Part shown: in pieces, positions 47,421 to 61,282 of the stretch
How positions within the stretch are numbered: the stretch's first letter is position 1
Layout: every line of letters begins with the position of its first letter
Assembly (NCBI GenBank): GCA_038087875.1
Contig: CM075992.1
Span: 11,658,001-11,722,000 of the forward strand
From: Malacoraja senta
Taxonomy: Eukaryota
Direction of reading: 5' to 3'
Length of the DNA stretch: 64,000 bases
Program-made: the position numbers and the translations under genes
The notes under the pieces: model-generated
The model's input: the letters and a program-made list of their open reading frames with translations, nothing else
The model's database searches: none
What the model was told of the DNA's origin: nothing

Positions 47421-48609
47421 AACAACATGTGGGACTCACTCACGCCTTCACTAATTGTCTTCGAGTGCAGCGCGCACCTTTTCCAAACTAATATTTTTTA
47501 AGAAGTTCCACCCACACACTGCCTGAGGACCGCATCATGTACCAGCTTTTCCCCACGTACTATTGAGTCTACAATTGTCTTGTATTCATGAATGAGCTTC
47601 CACAGTTCAAGGCGATCACTTTCTGTATTGCAACATTGCAGGGAGAACAGTTTCACGTTGCGCTGACCGCTACAACTGCCAGCAAGCTGTGGGCTTCTTG
47701 GAGACTCCCACCACTGTGCGAGTGAAACCACGACTAGTTTTAGTGCACAGGGCTGCTCCGGCAGCTGGTGACAACATTCACTCGCTCGGGAGAGAGTGTG
47801 GAAAATGGAATGTGCAGAAACGGAGTTACCCTGAGATGGGGCAGAGAGGGAGGAAAAGTCACCACGATGAATAAAGATCAAATCAAAGATAGATGTAGAG
47901 ATATAGATAAGGTGGTGGTGACAGGGAAAGAGACTTGGAATAACAACCAGGACACGCTGGGAGAGTCAATTAAAAATGTAAAGGAAGGTCCCAATCGAAA
48001 GGTCCCGACCCGTTCATTCCCTCCACAGATGCTGCTCGATCCAGCACTTTGTGTTCGCCAGAAGTCTAATTATCCGGTCTGAACATTATTTAAGAGGTAA
48101 GAGAATGGAACCTTTTCTATGTATATGAAGGAAGGAAATCGTAAAGCTGAGAAGACCATGAGTAATTCTTACAGAAAAAGATACAACGTTCACTGTATAA
48201 TAATGTTGAGACGGCGTGTTACACGGAGATAAATATCCCTTCACATACCCAATAGAAGGTAGCTGTACACGGCTCGCATCCTGCTCTCGGAAAGATGGAA
48301 CTGTTGTACGACTCACATCGTCCAGCAGAACTTCAGCAGCTGTACAGAGGCACGTCCCACAGAGGAGGACATGAAACTCAGATCCGGCCAGTTCCCAGAC
48401 CTATCAATGCACCGGACGTTAACCCTGGAGGAGACACGTGAGACTGCAGATGCTGTAATCTGGAGCGACAATCAATCTGCTGGAGAAACTCAGCGCCTAG
48501 AGCTGGGTCTGTGGGGCAAAAACGGTTCAGTTTGAGCATCAGAGACCGTCCTGGTGCAGGGTCTGGACCCAAAACGTCGATAATTTGTGTGTCCCACCCC
48601 CCACCCACA

Positions 48610-49530
48610 GTCTCCAAATACTTTGCATCGGAATTGAGCAAGGAGAAAGGCATAGGTGATGGTGAGATCAGTGAGTGTTTAATATTCTCAGGCATGTTGA
48701 TATTAAGGAAGAGCAGCTATTGTGTGTCTTGGAGAACATTAAGGAAGACAAGGCCATGGAACCTGATAGAATCTATCCAAAGATTCTAATTGAGGCAAGG
48801 GAGGAGATACTCGAGGCCTTGACCGGGATAAGCGCGACCAGGGTGCCGGCGGCGGTAAAGGCAGGGACCGCGTGGGAACAGCCCAAGGGCTGCTGGCCAT
48901 GGCGATGGTAGGTGTAGCCGGAGCGGTGGTGGTGGAAGCGTTGCTAACAGCAGGAGAGGCGCAACAAGCCAGGGGTTGTAAGATTGAAGAAGATTTTTAA
49001 GGACAGGATTTGGTATTTGTATTTGGAAATCATGGATTTTTTAGTAATATTCAGAGTGGCTTTATGTGGGGCAGGTCCTATCTTACAAATTTGACTGAGT
49101 TTATCGAGGTGACGACATTAAGTGATGAGTGTTGGGTAATGGATGTAGTCTACATAGATGTAGTTAGTAAATCATTTGACAATGTTCTTCATGACAGGTG
49201 GGTTTAGAAGATTAAATCACATGGGATCCACGGAGATTTGGGCGATTTGATCCATATTGGCTGGGTCACAGACGACAGAGGGACGGAGATGTGTCTCTCT
49301 GACTGGACGTCTGTGAGCTGTAAGTAGCAATGCTTTGTCCAATGATTTTGATGAAAATGTAAGGGAGCTGAATAATAAGTTTACAGATAACATGAACATT
49401 GGAATTGTGGAGAGTGGGGAAGGTTGCTAATGAAAGCAGCAGGATATGGTTCAGCTGGAAATTTGGGGAGAGAAATTCCAGATGGAGTTTAATCCAGACA
49501 ATTGTGGGGTGGTTGGTACATTCCAGAAGC
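48610..49530 (+). mobile_element. Decayed CR1 ORF2 fragments with a GC-rich insertion at ~48822-48965
   Basis: KYFASE, KAMEPDRIYPKIL, QSGFMWGRSYLTNL, SKSFDNVLH. Confidence 0.7.
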
Positions 49531-50319
49531 TCAATGCAAGATCACGCATCCAAACACCACATGCCATTCGCAGTGTTAGCCGCCCCCAGCTCATGTCGCT
49601 GCCCTGGCCGCCCGCAGTGCCGTCCACCCACGCCTTCCTCACCGTCCACAGCGCCGGCCACCCCACGCTTCCGGCGCCTCTCCTGCTGCTTGCAACGCTA
49701 CCACCATCACCGCTCCGGCAACACCTACCATCGCCATGGCAAGCAGCCCCTGGGCACGCCGTCCCTGCTTTTGCCGCCACCGGCACCCTGGCCACACCTG
49801 CCACCACAGCAGCCATCGCCACCACCACCATCCCCACCACACCCATCGATCCCATGCCGTGCCTACTGCTCTTGGCACCGAAACCACCTCCATGGCCAAT
49901 CCTTAGCTGTGGTCTGGCTTCTCCTCACTTCGCCCCCGGCTGCCACAGGCCAGGGCCGTCAACTCACCTGGATTCCAGCTCCTGTTCCGGACCAAGAGTC
50001 TGAAGAAGGATGCCGACCAGAAACGTTGCCTATCCACGTTCTCCAGAGAAGCTGCCCGACTTGCTGAGTTACTTCAGCATTTTTGTCCATTGTGTATTAA
50101 CCAACATCTGCACTTGGACAAACTTGGACGATTTCCGTTGGTGGGTTGCAGATTGAGGAACAACGTGAAAATGGTACAGAAGAAAAATAGGGTCGATAGT
50201 GAGAGTCCTTTTCATAGGGTTGATCGGTCAAACTATGAAGAGCATAGGTTTAAGAAGTGAGAGGAAGTTTAAAAGAAATTTGCAAGGCATTTTTTAAACA
50301 TAGAGGGACTTAGTACAGG

Positions 50320-50835
50320 CAATAGACAACAGACAATAGACAATAGATGCAGGAGTAGGCCATTCAGCCCTTCAAGGCAGCACCGCCATTAATGTGATTA
50401 TGGCTGATCATCCCCAATCAGTACCTTGTTCCTGCCTTCTCCCCATATCCCCTGACTCCGCTATCTTTAAGAGCCCTATCCAGCTCGCTCTTGAAAGTAT
50501 CCAGAGAACCGGCCTCCACCGCCCTCTGAGGCAGAGAATTCCACAGACTCACAACTCTCTGTGAGAAAAAGTGTTTCCTCGTCTCTGTTCTAATTGGCTT
50601 ACCCCTTATTCTTAAACTGTGGCCCCAGGTTCTGGACTCCCCCAACATCAGGAACATGTTTCCTGCCTCTAGCGTGTCCAAACCCTTAACGATCTTATAT
50701 GTTTCAATGAGATGCCCTCTCATCCTTCTAAACTCCAGAGTGTACAAGCCCAGCCACTTCATTCTCTCAGCATTTGACAGTCCCGCCATCCCGGGAATTA
50801 ACCTTGTGAACCTACGCTGCACTCCCTCACTAGCA
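50320..50835 (-). mobile_element. CR1 3' fragment, 5'-truncated
   Basis: EGVQRRFTRLIPGM...QRVVSLWNSLP; (tattgtc)n tail on minus. Confidence 0.92.
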
Positions 50836-51929
50836 AGGCAGTGGGCACTAACTGTAGACAGGTGTACACTGGTGTAGACAGTCAACATTCTGTAGACGGT
50901 GGTGGAGACAGTGTTTACCAACCACAAATGTTCTCGCAAGTTCTGACCAATTGATGCATGTGGCCAAGTGCAGGAAGGAATCTCAGTCCTGGGTTTTAGG
51001 AATGACTTCTTGTTCCCCAGGGCCTAAGACCATAAGACATTGGAGAAGAATTAGGCCATTCAGCCCATCAATTCTACTCTGTCATTCAATCATGACTGAT
51101 CAATTCTTCTCTTTCATCCCCATTCTCCTGCCTTCCCGTAACCAAGGATGTCAAAGGCACATTTGGTCTAAACCGCCCTTGCTCAGTAACTCTTTGAATA
51201 TTTCATGTCTAGACCACACCTTCTTACAAGTTATGAGAAATTATTATTAATATGAGGAATGTGAACATATTAACAAGACCCACAGATCAGGATGAAACTT
51301 TTATTCAATAAAGGCCTGGCATTTTAAAAAATATTGCATTTCCATGTATCAGTACACAGTAACAAGGTGTAACCAGCTTGCCCTTCCTGCTTCCTCCGTA
51401 TGAGCCGGTGAAACCTCCTTTGTCTCACCTGCGGCAGTTACAGGGCAAACCCGGGGCACTGGGAACCACAGCCGTGCTCAGCACTGGCTGCATTTTCATT
51501 CATCAGCCTCAGGCAAAGGCAGGGTTGAGTGTTCCATCCCACACTGTCTTTGAGAGGGTGACAATGGGAGGTCCATCCATGAACCACTCCACCCAGATAA
51601 TGTGGTGGTGAGATGGTGGTGGGTATCACTCAATGGTGACGGCTATTAGCTGGTGCCGAGGGGCTGGAGGGAACCGGGAGGAGATGGGGTCCCATGTGAA
51701 GGCTGCCTTGTGGTGATTCTCTGCAGAGGAACTTGCACTGGGCCTGACTCAGGGCTGAGCAGCGGCCTGGGCCAGACACTGGCATCTTACCTGGTGACAA
51801 GTGTGTCCTGTTCAAGCTTTCTTACCGTTCGGCCTTTCACCCTCGACACTGCCTAGAGAGAGAAGCTCATCTGTGTCTCACATGTCCCGAACCAATCAGG
51901 AGATGTGGTTGTCAGGGAGGGAGAGAGAA

Positions 51930-53363
51930 AGGGTGGGAGAGAGAAAATGGGGAATTACAGACCAGTTAGTCTAACATCGGTAGTGGGGAAACTGCCAGAG
52001 TCAGTTATTAAAGATGGGATAGCAGCACATTTGGAAAGTGGTGAAATCATTGGACAAAGTCAGCATGGATTTACGAAAGGTAAATCATGTCTGACGAATC
52101 TTATAGAATTTTTCGAGGATGTAACTAGTAGCGTGGATAGGGGAGAACCAGTGGATGTGTATCTGGATTTCCAGAAGGCTTTCGACAAGGTCCCACATAA
52201 GAGATTAGTATACAAATTTAAAGCACATGGCATTGGGGGTTCAGTATTGATGTGGATAGAGAACTGGCTGGCAAACAGGAAGCAAAGAGTAGGAGTAAAT
52301 GGGTCCTTTTCACAATGGCAGGCAGTGACTAGTGGGGTACTGCAAGGCTCAGTGCTGGGACCCCAGCTATTTACAATATATATTAATGATCTGGATGAGG
52401 GAATTGAAGGCAATATCTCCAAGTTTGCGGACGAGACTAAGCTGGGGGGGCAGTGTTAGCTGTGAGGAGGATGCTAGGAGACTGCAAGGTGACTTGGATA
52501 GGCTGGGTGAGTGGGCAAATGTTTGGCAGATGCAGTATAATGTGGATAAATGTGAGGTTATCCATTTTGGTGGCAAAAACAGGAAAGCAGACTATTATCT
52601 AAATGGTGGCCGACTAGGAAAAGTGGAGATGCAGCGAGACCTGGGTATCATGGTACACCAGTCATTGAAAGTAGGCATGCAGGTGCAGCAGGCAGTGAAG
52701 AAAGCGAATTGTATGTTAGCTTTCATAGCAGAAGGATTTGAGTATAGGAGCAGGGAGGTTTTACTGCAGTTGTACAGGGTCTTGGTGAGACCACACCTGG
52801 AGTATTGCGTACAGTTTTGGACTCCAAATCTGAGGAAGGACATTATTGCCATAGAGGGAGTGCAGAGAAGGTTCACCAGACTGATTCCTGGGATGTCAGG
52901 ACTGTCTTATGAAGAAAGACTGGATAGACTTGGTTTATACTCTCTAGAATTTAGGAGATTGAGAGGGGATCTTATAGAAACTTACAAAATTCTTAAGGGG
53001 TTGGACAGGCTAGATGCAGGAAGATTGCTCCCGATGTTGGGGAAGTCCAGGACAAGGGGTCACAGCTTAAGGATAAGGGGGAAATCCTTTAAAACCGAGA
53101 TGAGAAGAACTTTTTTCACACAGAGAGTGGTGAATCTCTACAACTCTCTGCCACAGAGGGTAGTTGAGGCCAGTTCATTGGCTATATTTAAGAGGGAGTT
53201 AGATGTGGCCCTTGTGGCTAAAGGGATCAGAGGGTATGGAGAGAAGGCAGGTACGGGATACTGAGTTGGATGATCAGCCATGATCATATTGAATGGCAGT
53301 GCAGGCTCGAAGGGCCGAATTGCCTACTCCTGCACCTAATTTTTATGTTTCTATGTTTCTATG
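51930..53363 (+). mobile_element. Young 5'-truncated CR1 (RT and C-terminus), one frameshift at the G7 run 52444-52450
   Basis: [36 protein letters not shown] 52332-53264; (tttctatg)n tail. Confidence 0.95.
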
Positions 53364-54243
53364 TCAGTGGCATTTACAACCTGCTTTTTGTTGGCTCTTG
53401 AAAAGCTCCAAATAATGATGGGCGGCAATGGGGAATGGCTTTGCAGCTCACATGCACTCTTGTCATCATATTGTGTCACCAACCCAACAGCAGGCAAAAG
53501 CCAGTCTGGGACTTGCACCCTCTGCCAGCTTACGAACGCTAGCTGAGCTCCAGGGCCACATCTAGCCAAGGGCAGGGCAGTCATTGGATGCATTGAACAC
53601 TAACTCAACTCTAAACCTGCTAGACATCCACCCAGCCCATGTTGGACCCCAAGCAAACTCCTTCCAAACTCACGAGCACTCATTGACCTGTGCTGCCCGT
53701 GCTCACCTTCCGATGGCTGAATCCTGGTTTGTCACCTTGCCAACCACTGTCCAATAGCCAACAATTAGAGGATCACCATATCAAGCAACCTTAAAGCCAG
53801 ACGGACAACATCCCATCTGCCCAGGGAGGTGCTTGAAGTGAAAGGCAACTCTTCCATTCCCCAGAATCCAGGCTAGATGCTACCGTGCTTATTATTGGAC
53901 AGTCTGTTCAACAATGTAGAAGCTATGAACTCCTGCTATGTACATGCTCAATAGAAGCAGAGAGCTGAAGCAGCTCAACTCTCAGCTGCAACTTCTTGCC
54001 TCTTTCTTCCGAAGTTTGTAGCAAATTAAAACACAGCGATGGAGGTAAGAATAGGGAGAGGGTGGCAACAGCAATGGGGCAGTCCCAATGGAGAGGCGAG
54101 TTACAGTCTCAAGCAAAGAGAATCAGTGCGCTGTTGCTCTTGTGCTCTGTGTCTCTCGCTTTAGAAGCAGCTGTAGTCAGCTCTGCAGGGCTCTCGTGCT
54201 TTCAATCACCTTCCCATCTCATGAACGCTTCTCGGGCCCTGTA

Positions 54244-54780
54244 AGTAGCAATGATACAACATTTTGAGATTTTAAAAATCAAGTCTGCAATTTATCCCAT
54301 CAGATAAAGCATAAAAAGAAGTTTAATTTGACACCTAATTCACTTTCATATCTGCAGTATTAAAACATTTATGGCCATTTTCATACTCTAAAATTAGCAA
54401 CTTGTTCCCTATTGCTTTTCCATTGACAACTCAAAAGCTGTGTTCGAGGACAGTCAAAAGCCTACAACTTTCTTAAAAATTAAGAGAACTAAATGAAATT
54501 TTCAGTTATTATAGATTGAACCATTCTGAAACAAACATGAAACAATCTTACTTGGATGACCTGAAATTAAAGCATATAATTAGTTAGTTGCCCAATTGTA
54601 GCTAATTACAAAATTAAATTACTAGATCTAAACATCTATCCATTTCTTAAGAAAAAGTTAATATTTTTAAATAGCCTAGTGTTCAAATAACATTCACACA
54701 ATAATTCACAATATAACATGATTTTTAAATCTCATTGTCATTAATTTATAGGCCAAATGGAAGGGCATTATGGCCATTTT
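54244..54780. mobile_element. Second, truncated copy of the AT-rich element at 9197-10907
   Basis: Colinear with 9197-9629 plus 10298-10420, without the Harbinger MITE. Confidence 0.88.
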
Positions 54781-55246
54781 AATAGTAAGATTAAATGAGA
54801 ACTTACCAGTTTGAAGTTTGATCTTTACTTTATGAGGAGTTACGATGAGGGACTACGTGTAGAAGAGCCCGTCCAGCCGCACACGCGTCAATCTTCAAAG
54901 CAGCGGTGTGAAATCACAGACAACAATTACTGAAGTATGATAGTAAGATACGTAAAGACTAGAACTACCAGCTCGATCTTTATGAGGGTTGGGAGCGGAG
55001 GGCACGTAGTCCCTCATCGTAACACCTCATAAAATGAAGATCAAACTTCAAACTGGTAAGTTCTTGTTGAATCTTACTATTTTACTTTGGAGTCACGTGA
55101 GTGACTTCGTGAAGATTTCAAAGCTCTGTGATTTCACGCCGTAGATTCAAATCCAGGTGTCTCACTGCATTGATTTACTCTAAATAAGGAAAGCAATCAA
55201 CAATGCATAACCACAACATAGATGCAACCAGTTAATGGTTAATTTA

Positions 55247-56248
55247 TCACCACAATAGTAACCCCTTTATCACAAGGGGAAACTTAATACTGAATCCCAA
55301 ACAGCACCACCAAATAACCACAGGTACTATAATCTCCTTATGGTAATACTTGTGAAACATCCTTTCACTTTGTCCTGTGGCCACGAGGATATGTTCTATT
55401 GGAACATCCAAATCCTTGGCCGCTGATGTTGATGGTGCCCTGGTGGAATGACATTTAAATTTGTCAGTATCAATACCTGCATCAAGCAACACCTGCTTCA
55501 GCCATCTTAAAATAGTCTGTACCGACACTTTCTTATGCAGTTATTTATGGCTGATAAAGAATGCTGATACGGCACCTCTTAAGGTTCTGGTGGCTTCAAT
55601 GTAACATCGTAAATGTGAAACTACACATAGACGTGGATCCGTAGGATATGCTGATAACCCCAACTTACATCCTGTGATTCCAGGTCTACTCTGTTTAAGC
55701 AAATCATAGACATAGAACGTAATAGTATCTGTTGCTATTTCCATCATGTCTATTCGTAGTTTCTGCAATATTTGCACTCTCTGTGCTGAAACCAGTGCCC
55801 TGAGCATGACTACCTTCATGGTAATTTAGGCCAAGGACAGCACTGCAATAGGAGTTCATTGATGAAAAAGCATTAGCACATCTCTTACATTCCAGATTTC
55901 TGTATACCTGTGCCTAGGAGTCTTAGAATTGAAAATTCCCTTCATAAATCTACAGACCAAAGGGTGTGACCCTACAAGATTTTGTTCTGATTCCCTCCAT
56001 AGATATGCAAACAGGGCACTTCTTGCGGTATTGATAGCACTATAGCTTAACTGCCAATCAAAATAAAGAGTTGACAGAAACTCTAACACGTCTGAGATGT
56101 CTGCAGTGCGATATGTAATATTCTGCTTTAAGCAAAACATATCCCATTTCCTTATGTAAGAAATGTACTGCTTCTGGGTACTATCCCTCCAGGTTGCCGC
56201 AATAACATCCATAGTACGATCTGATAGTCCTCTTCTGAGATATGGCAC
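55247..56248 (-). pseudogene. DIRS tyrosine recombinase, frameshifted
   Basis: SYSAINTARSAL, GSHPLVCRFMKG, SAQRVQ (R), HSTRA (HxxR), FHKYYHK (Y). Confidence 0.88.
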
Positions 56249-56653
56249 TCCTTAGAATCTGCAAATCAACAAACCAATACGATTATGTAAAGGATGTGAA
56301 TCATCAGTTATAGGGTGCACAAACAGGTTAATTCTGTTTGGGAAAATCATAAGAGGCTTTGTGATCATTTTTAACATCAGAGGGTACCATGGTTGTGTAG
56401 GTCCAATCTGGTACCACCAATACTCCCGAAGCGGAGTCCTGTTTGATCTTCTGTATACACTGACTAAATGAGGCAAAATGGAGAAAATGTATACAAAAAA
56501 CACTCTACCCCAATGCAGTGAGAAACATCCACTGCTGCTGCTCCAATATCAGGTTCCAATGACACATATTTAGGTAATTGGTGGTTAAGTCTGAATACAA
56601 ACAAGTCAATCTATGGCATCCCCAAACATGCAACAATATTATTAAATTTGTCA

Positions 56654-59600
56654 AGATACTAGCTCAGTTGAAATCATACAACACGGACATTTCGTTTCTA
56701 CAGGAAACGCATCTTAAACATCAAGATCAGACGAGACTGAGGGCGAACTGGATAGGACAAACATTTCACTCTTCATTCACCTCCAAATCTAGAGGCACTG
56801 CAATCATCATTTGTAAAGGAATTCCATTTAAATCAAAGAATACTATTTTAGATAAGGGAGATACCTTATAGTAGCAGGAGAGATCAATAATACGCCAATT
56901 ACGCTGGTAAATATGTACGCGCCCAATTTCGATAACCCTCAATTTTTTAATAAAATTCTGAATATAATTGCAGAATTTAATTTTCAAAATGTTATAATTG
57001 GAGGAGACTTTAACTGTGTTTTAGACCCTTATCTAGATAAATCGATGCAAAAACAAAAAGGTAATATGAAATCTAAAACCAGTGAACTTTTACATACATA
57101 TATGGAAAACACAAATATAGCAGATGTGTGGAGGATTGCAAACCCGACGGGAAGGGATTATTCGTTTTACTCAACGGTGCATAAAACATACTCACGGATA
57201 GACTACTTTCTTGTGGATACAAAATTAATTCCGCACACTATGAACGCTAAATACCACACTAATGCGATCTCAGACCACTCTCCGTTAACTTTTGTTTTAA
57301 AACTAGAAGGAATGTCTATGAATAAATCGTTCTGGAGGTTTAACTCGCAAATTTTAAAAGACCCACAAGGGAGTATATATCTAAAAAAACAGATGGATCT
57401 ATTTTTTGAGATAAATGATACACCAGATATTTCCCCCACGCTATTATGGGAATCCTTCAAAGCATTTATTAGAGGAGTCATTATTTCATTCCAAGCTTAT
57501 CAAAATAAAAATAATAAGAATGAACAAAGACATTTAGAAGAACAAATAAAACAATTAGATACAGATAATGCTAAAGATCCAACTATGGATAAACATAATA
57601 AAATCCTTCTGTTGAAATTCAAGCTAAATAAATTACTGTCAGAGAAAGTTATAACATTATTTCAAATCACAAAACATGAACACTTCGAATTCGGGGACAA
57701 ACCCCACAAACTCCTAGCACGGCAACTGAAAAAACGGGAAAAAGAGAATGCAATATTAAAGATTAAATCAGACAGAGGGGAATTACTAACACTACCCAAG
57801 GATATCAATAAAAGATTTGCTCAATTTTACCAGAATCTATACACATCTAAAACGTTAATAGACAATAATAAAATCGCAGAATTTTTAGATAACTGTAACC
57901 TACCACAATTAGAACTGATGGAACAAGAGGAACTGGGAGCACAAATTACTTCTAAGGAGATAGAAGACACAATAAAAACACTAAAGAATGGAAAAACACC
58001 AGGACCAGACGGATTCAGTAATGAATTTTATAAATCTTTTTATGACATAGTTACTCCACGATTACAGAAAATGTATACACATGCTTTTAAACAGCAAAAC
58101 TTACCTGAAACACTAGCAGAATCAACGATCATATTAATACTTAAAAAATATAAAAATATAGAAGAACCAGGATCATATAGAGCTATAGCTTTGTTAAATA
58201 CCGATCAAAAAATAATAGCGAAAACACTAGCTAGTAGACTAAGCAGGTATGTTAGTAGACTAATAAATGAGGATCAAACAGGATTTATACCTAAGAGACA
58301 TTCATTTAATAATTTGAGACGTTTGCTTAACATAATGCACTCACATAAATCTCAGGACCAAGAGTTATCTATCATCTCATTGGACGCAGAAAAAGCGTTT
58401 GATCAAGTAGAATGGGACTATATGATTAAAGTATTGCAAAAATTCCAATTGGGAGAGAACTTCATTGCATGGATAAAACTATTATATAACAAACCTACGG
58501 CTAGAATACTAACTAATAATATATTATCCTCGAAATTTGAACTATCAAGGGGCAATAGACAAGGATGTTCATTATCACTGCTGTTATTTGCTTTAGTAAT
58601 TGAACCCCTTGCTGAAAAAATAAGAACACAGATGGATATTTACGGTTATAATACAAAATATTCAAATAACAAAATATCCTTATATGCCGATGACGTACTA
58701 TTGTACATCACAAAACCACAAATTAGTATACCAAATATATTAAATTTAATTGAGGACTTTGGATCCTTTTCAGGATATAGAATAAACTGGAACAAAAGTG
58801 AAATTATGTCGATAAAACCAAAAGACTCAACACACCTCAGGAAATTCCCCTTTAAAATAGCTACAGAAAAATTCAAATATTTGGGAATTGAAATTACTAG
58901 AAATTACCAGGATATGTTCAAAGCCAATTATAATCCCTTACTTAAGAAATTAAATAATATGACTAAATTCTGGAAAACACTTCCGATGTCCTTAATAGGC
59001 AGAATAAATGCTATAAAAATGATTTTCTTACCACAAATCCTATACCTAATTCAATCAATACCTATATATCTCCCAAAAAAGTTTTTCAAAAAATTGGACT
59101 CAGACATTACAAATTTTATATGGGATTATAAATCCCATAGAATACAAAGTGCACACCTTAATAAACGAAAACAGTTGGGGGGTCTCGCGCTCCCTAACTT
59201 TATGTATTATAAATGGGCAGTAAATATTAAAAATAGGATTCACCTGCTGGACAATTCTGCCCAGCAGGTGGACTGGATTATAATGGAAAAAGGGGACTGT
59301 TCCCCGAGTAATATAGGAGCGATTATTCTCTCTCCAATAAATTTGAATAATAAAAATTATAATAAAAAACCAATTATAAATAGCACAATTAGAACATGGA
59401 AACAAATAAAACAGAATCTAAAATTAAGAAACCTATCTCTCTCAATAACAATAGTTAATAACCCATCGTTTAAACCTTCAACCATAGACAAATCATTTAT
59501 ACAATGGGAAAGAATGGGAATCAAAACGCTCGAAGATCTGTATGAATTGGGAAAATTACTATCATTTCAACTACAACTGAAATATAATCTGAAAAATAAA

Positions 59601-60350
59601 CAATATTTTAAATATCTACAAATTCGTGATTACCTGAAAAAATACACAAAAGACTATCATAATATGCCTCCCGACTTACTAGATGAAGCAATGAAGACAA
59701 AGGCGGAATCAGCTAATCTAATATCGTACTTATATAATATCATTTTAAACATAGAAATACCCACAACAGAAGGAATTAGAAGAGACTGGGAACAAGAATT
59801 AGCTATAAAAATTTCAAAAGAGAGCTGGGATAACCACTTACTACAGGTGCATAAATGTTCGATCAACGTACGACATACGCTCATCCAATTCAAAACATTA
59901 CATAGACTATATTATTCAAAAACTAAATTAAATAAAATCTTTCCTAATGTTTCACCAATCTGTGATAAATGTCTATGTCAAGAAGCTACCATAGCGCATT
60001 CTTTTGTTTTTTGTACAAAAATCCAAAAATTCTGGTATGAAATATTTGATATTTTCTCAAAATTAATTAAAATAAAACTGGTACCAAAACCAGAATGGAT
60101 CATCTTTGGAATATCGGAAGGTATCCCTGAATTAAACGTGTATCAGAAGAACTTATTCAATTACGGGCTAATAATGGGAAAAAGGCTCATACTTAAATTC
60201 TGGAAAAATGCGCCCACACCAACAATAAAAATGTGGACATCAAATATGTTGGAAACATTACATCTGGAAGAGATGAGATTCCTATTAGCAGGGAAAGCAG
60301 ACCAATTCCAAAAGACGTGGTCTACGTTTCTGGACCTATTACAAGCATGA
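56654..60350 (+). pseudogene. L1 ORF2p lacking the N-terminus, frameshift near 56860, then open for 1145 aa
   Basis: GGDFN, SRIDYF, SDH, LDAEKAFD, YADD, CDKC...H....C; paralogous to 21930-25745. Confidence 0.93.
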
Positions 60351-60724
60351 GGTGCAATAGTAATTTTAAAAATAAATAAATAAAGAAATGGTATCAGGAC
60401 CTGGTAATGGGAGGTAAAACAATAAAAACAGACTTCGTCGGTGGTTCCCTTTCTGCGATTGTTCCTACTTTCTTTTTCTTTCTTTTCTAGGATCTACTTT
60501 CTTACTTTACTTCCTTCTCTAACTTCTTTTCTAAGGGGCTTTCTTTTCACAACACTCTCTTGCACCTCACGACTCTTGCGCACTTTCTTTACTTTTCTTA
60601 CTTCTATCTTTCTCTTAAAGCTCAAAAAAATGAAGCGGTATAAAAAATGTATTAAGATATAAGTGTTGTGTATTACTGTAATTTACCGTACTTCTAATAT
60701 AAATAATTAAAAAAATATATATAT
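56654..60724 (+). mobile_element. 5'-truncated L1 (nearly whole ORF2 plus 3'UTR) inserted in DIRS
   Basis: 18-bp TSD atattattaaatttgtca at 56636-56653 and 60725-60742; starts inside the endonuclease (ILAQLK...FLQETH). Confidence 0.95.
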
Positions 60725-61282
60725 ATATTATTAAATTTGTCACGATCCAACAACCATTCTGTATTGTCATTGAATTTACGTGACCTTGAGTCTGCAACTA
60801 TTTTGAAACTACCTGGTAGGTAGATTGCCGAAACCAAATATTTCTGGTAAAAACACCAGGTCCAGATCACGTTAGCCTGTCTATCACAAGATTCTGAGTT
60901 AATACCACTCAAATGCTTAACATACGTTTCTATTCCGTAGTGTTGTCAATCTGTACCTAAACATGCAAACTTTGCATATTAGAGCAATAAGCTTTAGGCC
61001 CATAAAATGTTCCTAAAACTCTCATTAAATGATCCCTTGTTATTGGATCAAAGGTACTTTCTCCAAATTCCATCTACCTCCACAGGTGGAAATACTTATA
61101 AGTATCATCCCAACGTAGAGCACTAAAATTAGTCTGTAGAATAGTGGAAGGTGTTTCAACCAGGATCTCTCTGGAAGCATTTGAAACACTCATGATCCAC
61201 CATAGTATTCCTGTAATAACTGCAACTGGCATTTACATGGGTCTGGCAAAATGCCCTGAATGTATTCTCAATGCCTGTACCT

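Noticed and set aside
48317..48400. Signal-peptide-like frame VLLCGTCLCTAAEVLLD reminiscent of an Eph receptor N-terminus
   Set aside because: No in-frame ATG (an upstream in-frame stop instead), splice position does not fit and no further receptor exons were found
49399..50067. 185-222 aa ORFs
   Set aside because: They span a CR1 remnant, a GC-rich repeat and a Penelope tail; open only because of GC-rich low complexity
50850..50915. Short tgtagac repeats at the CR1 5' junction
   Set aside because: Too short and irregular; probably junction filler of little significance
51290..54243. Possible decayed gene or DNA-transposon ORF flanking the young CR1 (minus strand, AFMRW-like word near 54215-54230)
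   Set aside because: No sustained reading frame or motif I can assign with confidence; needs a translated search
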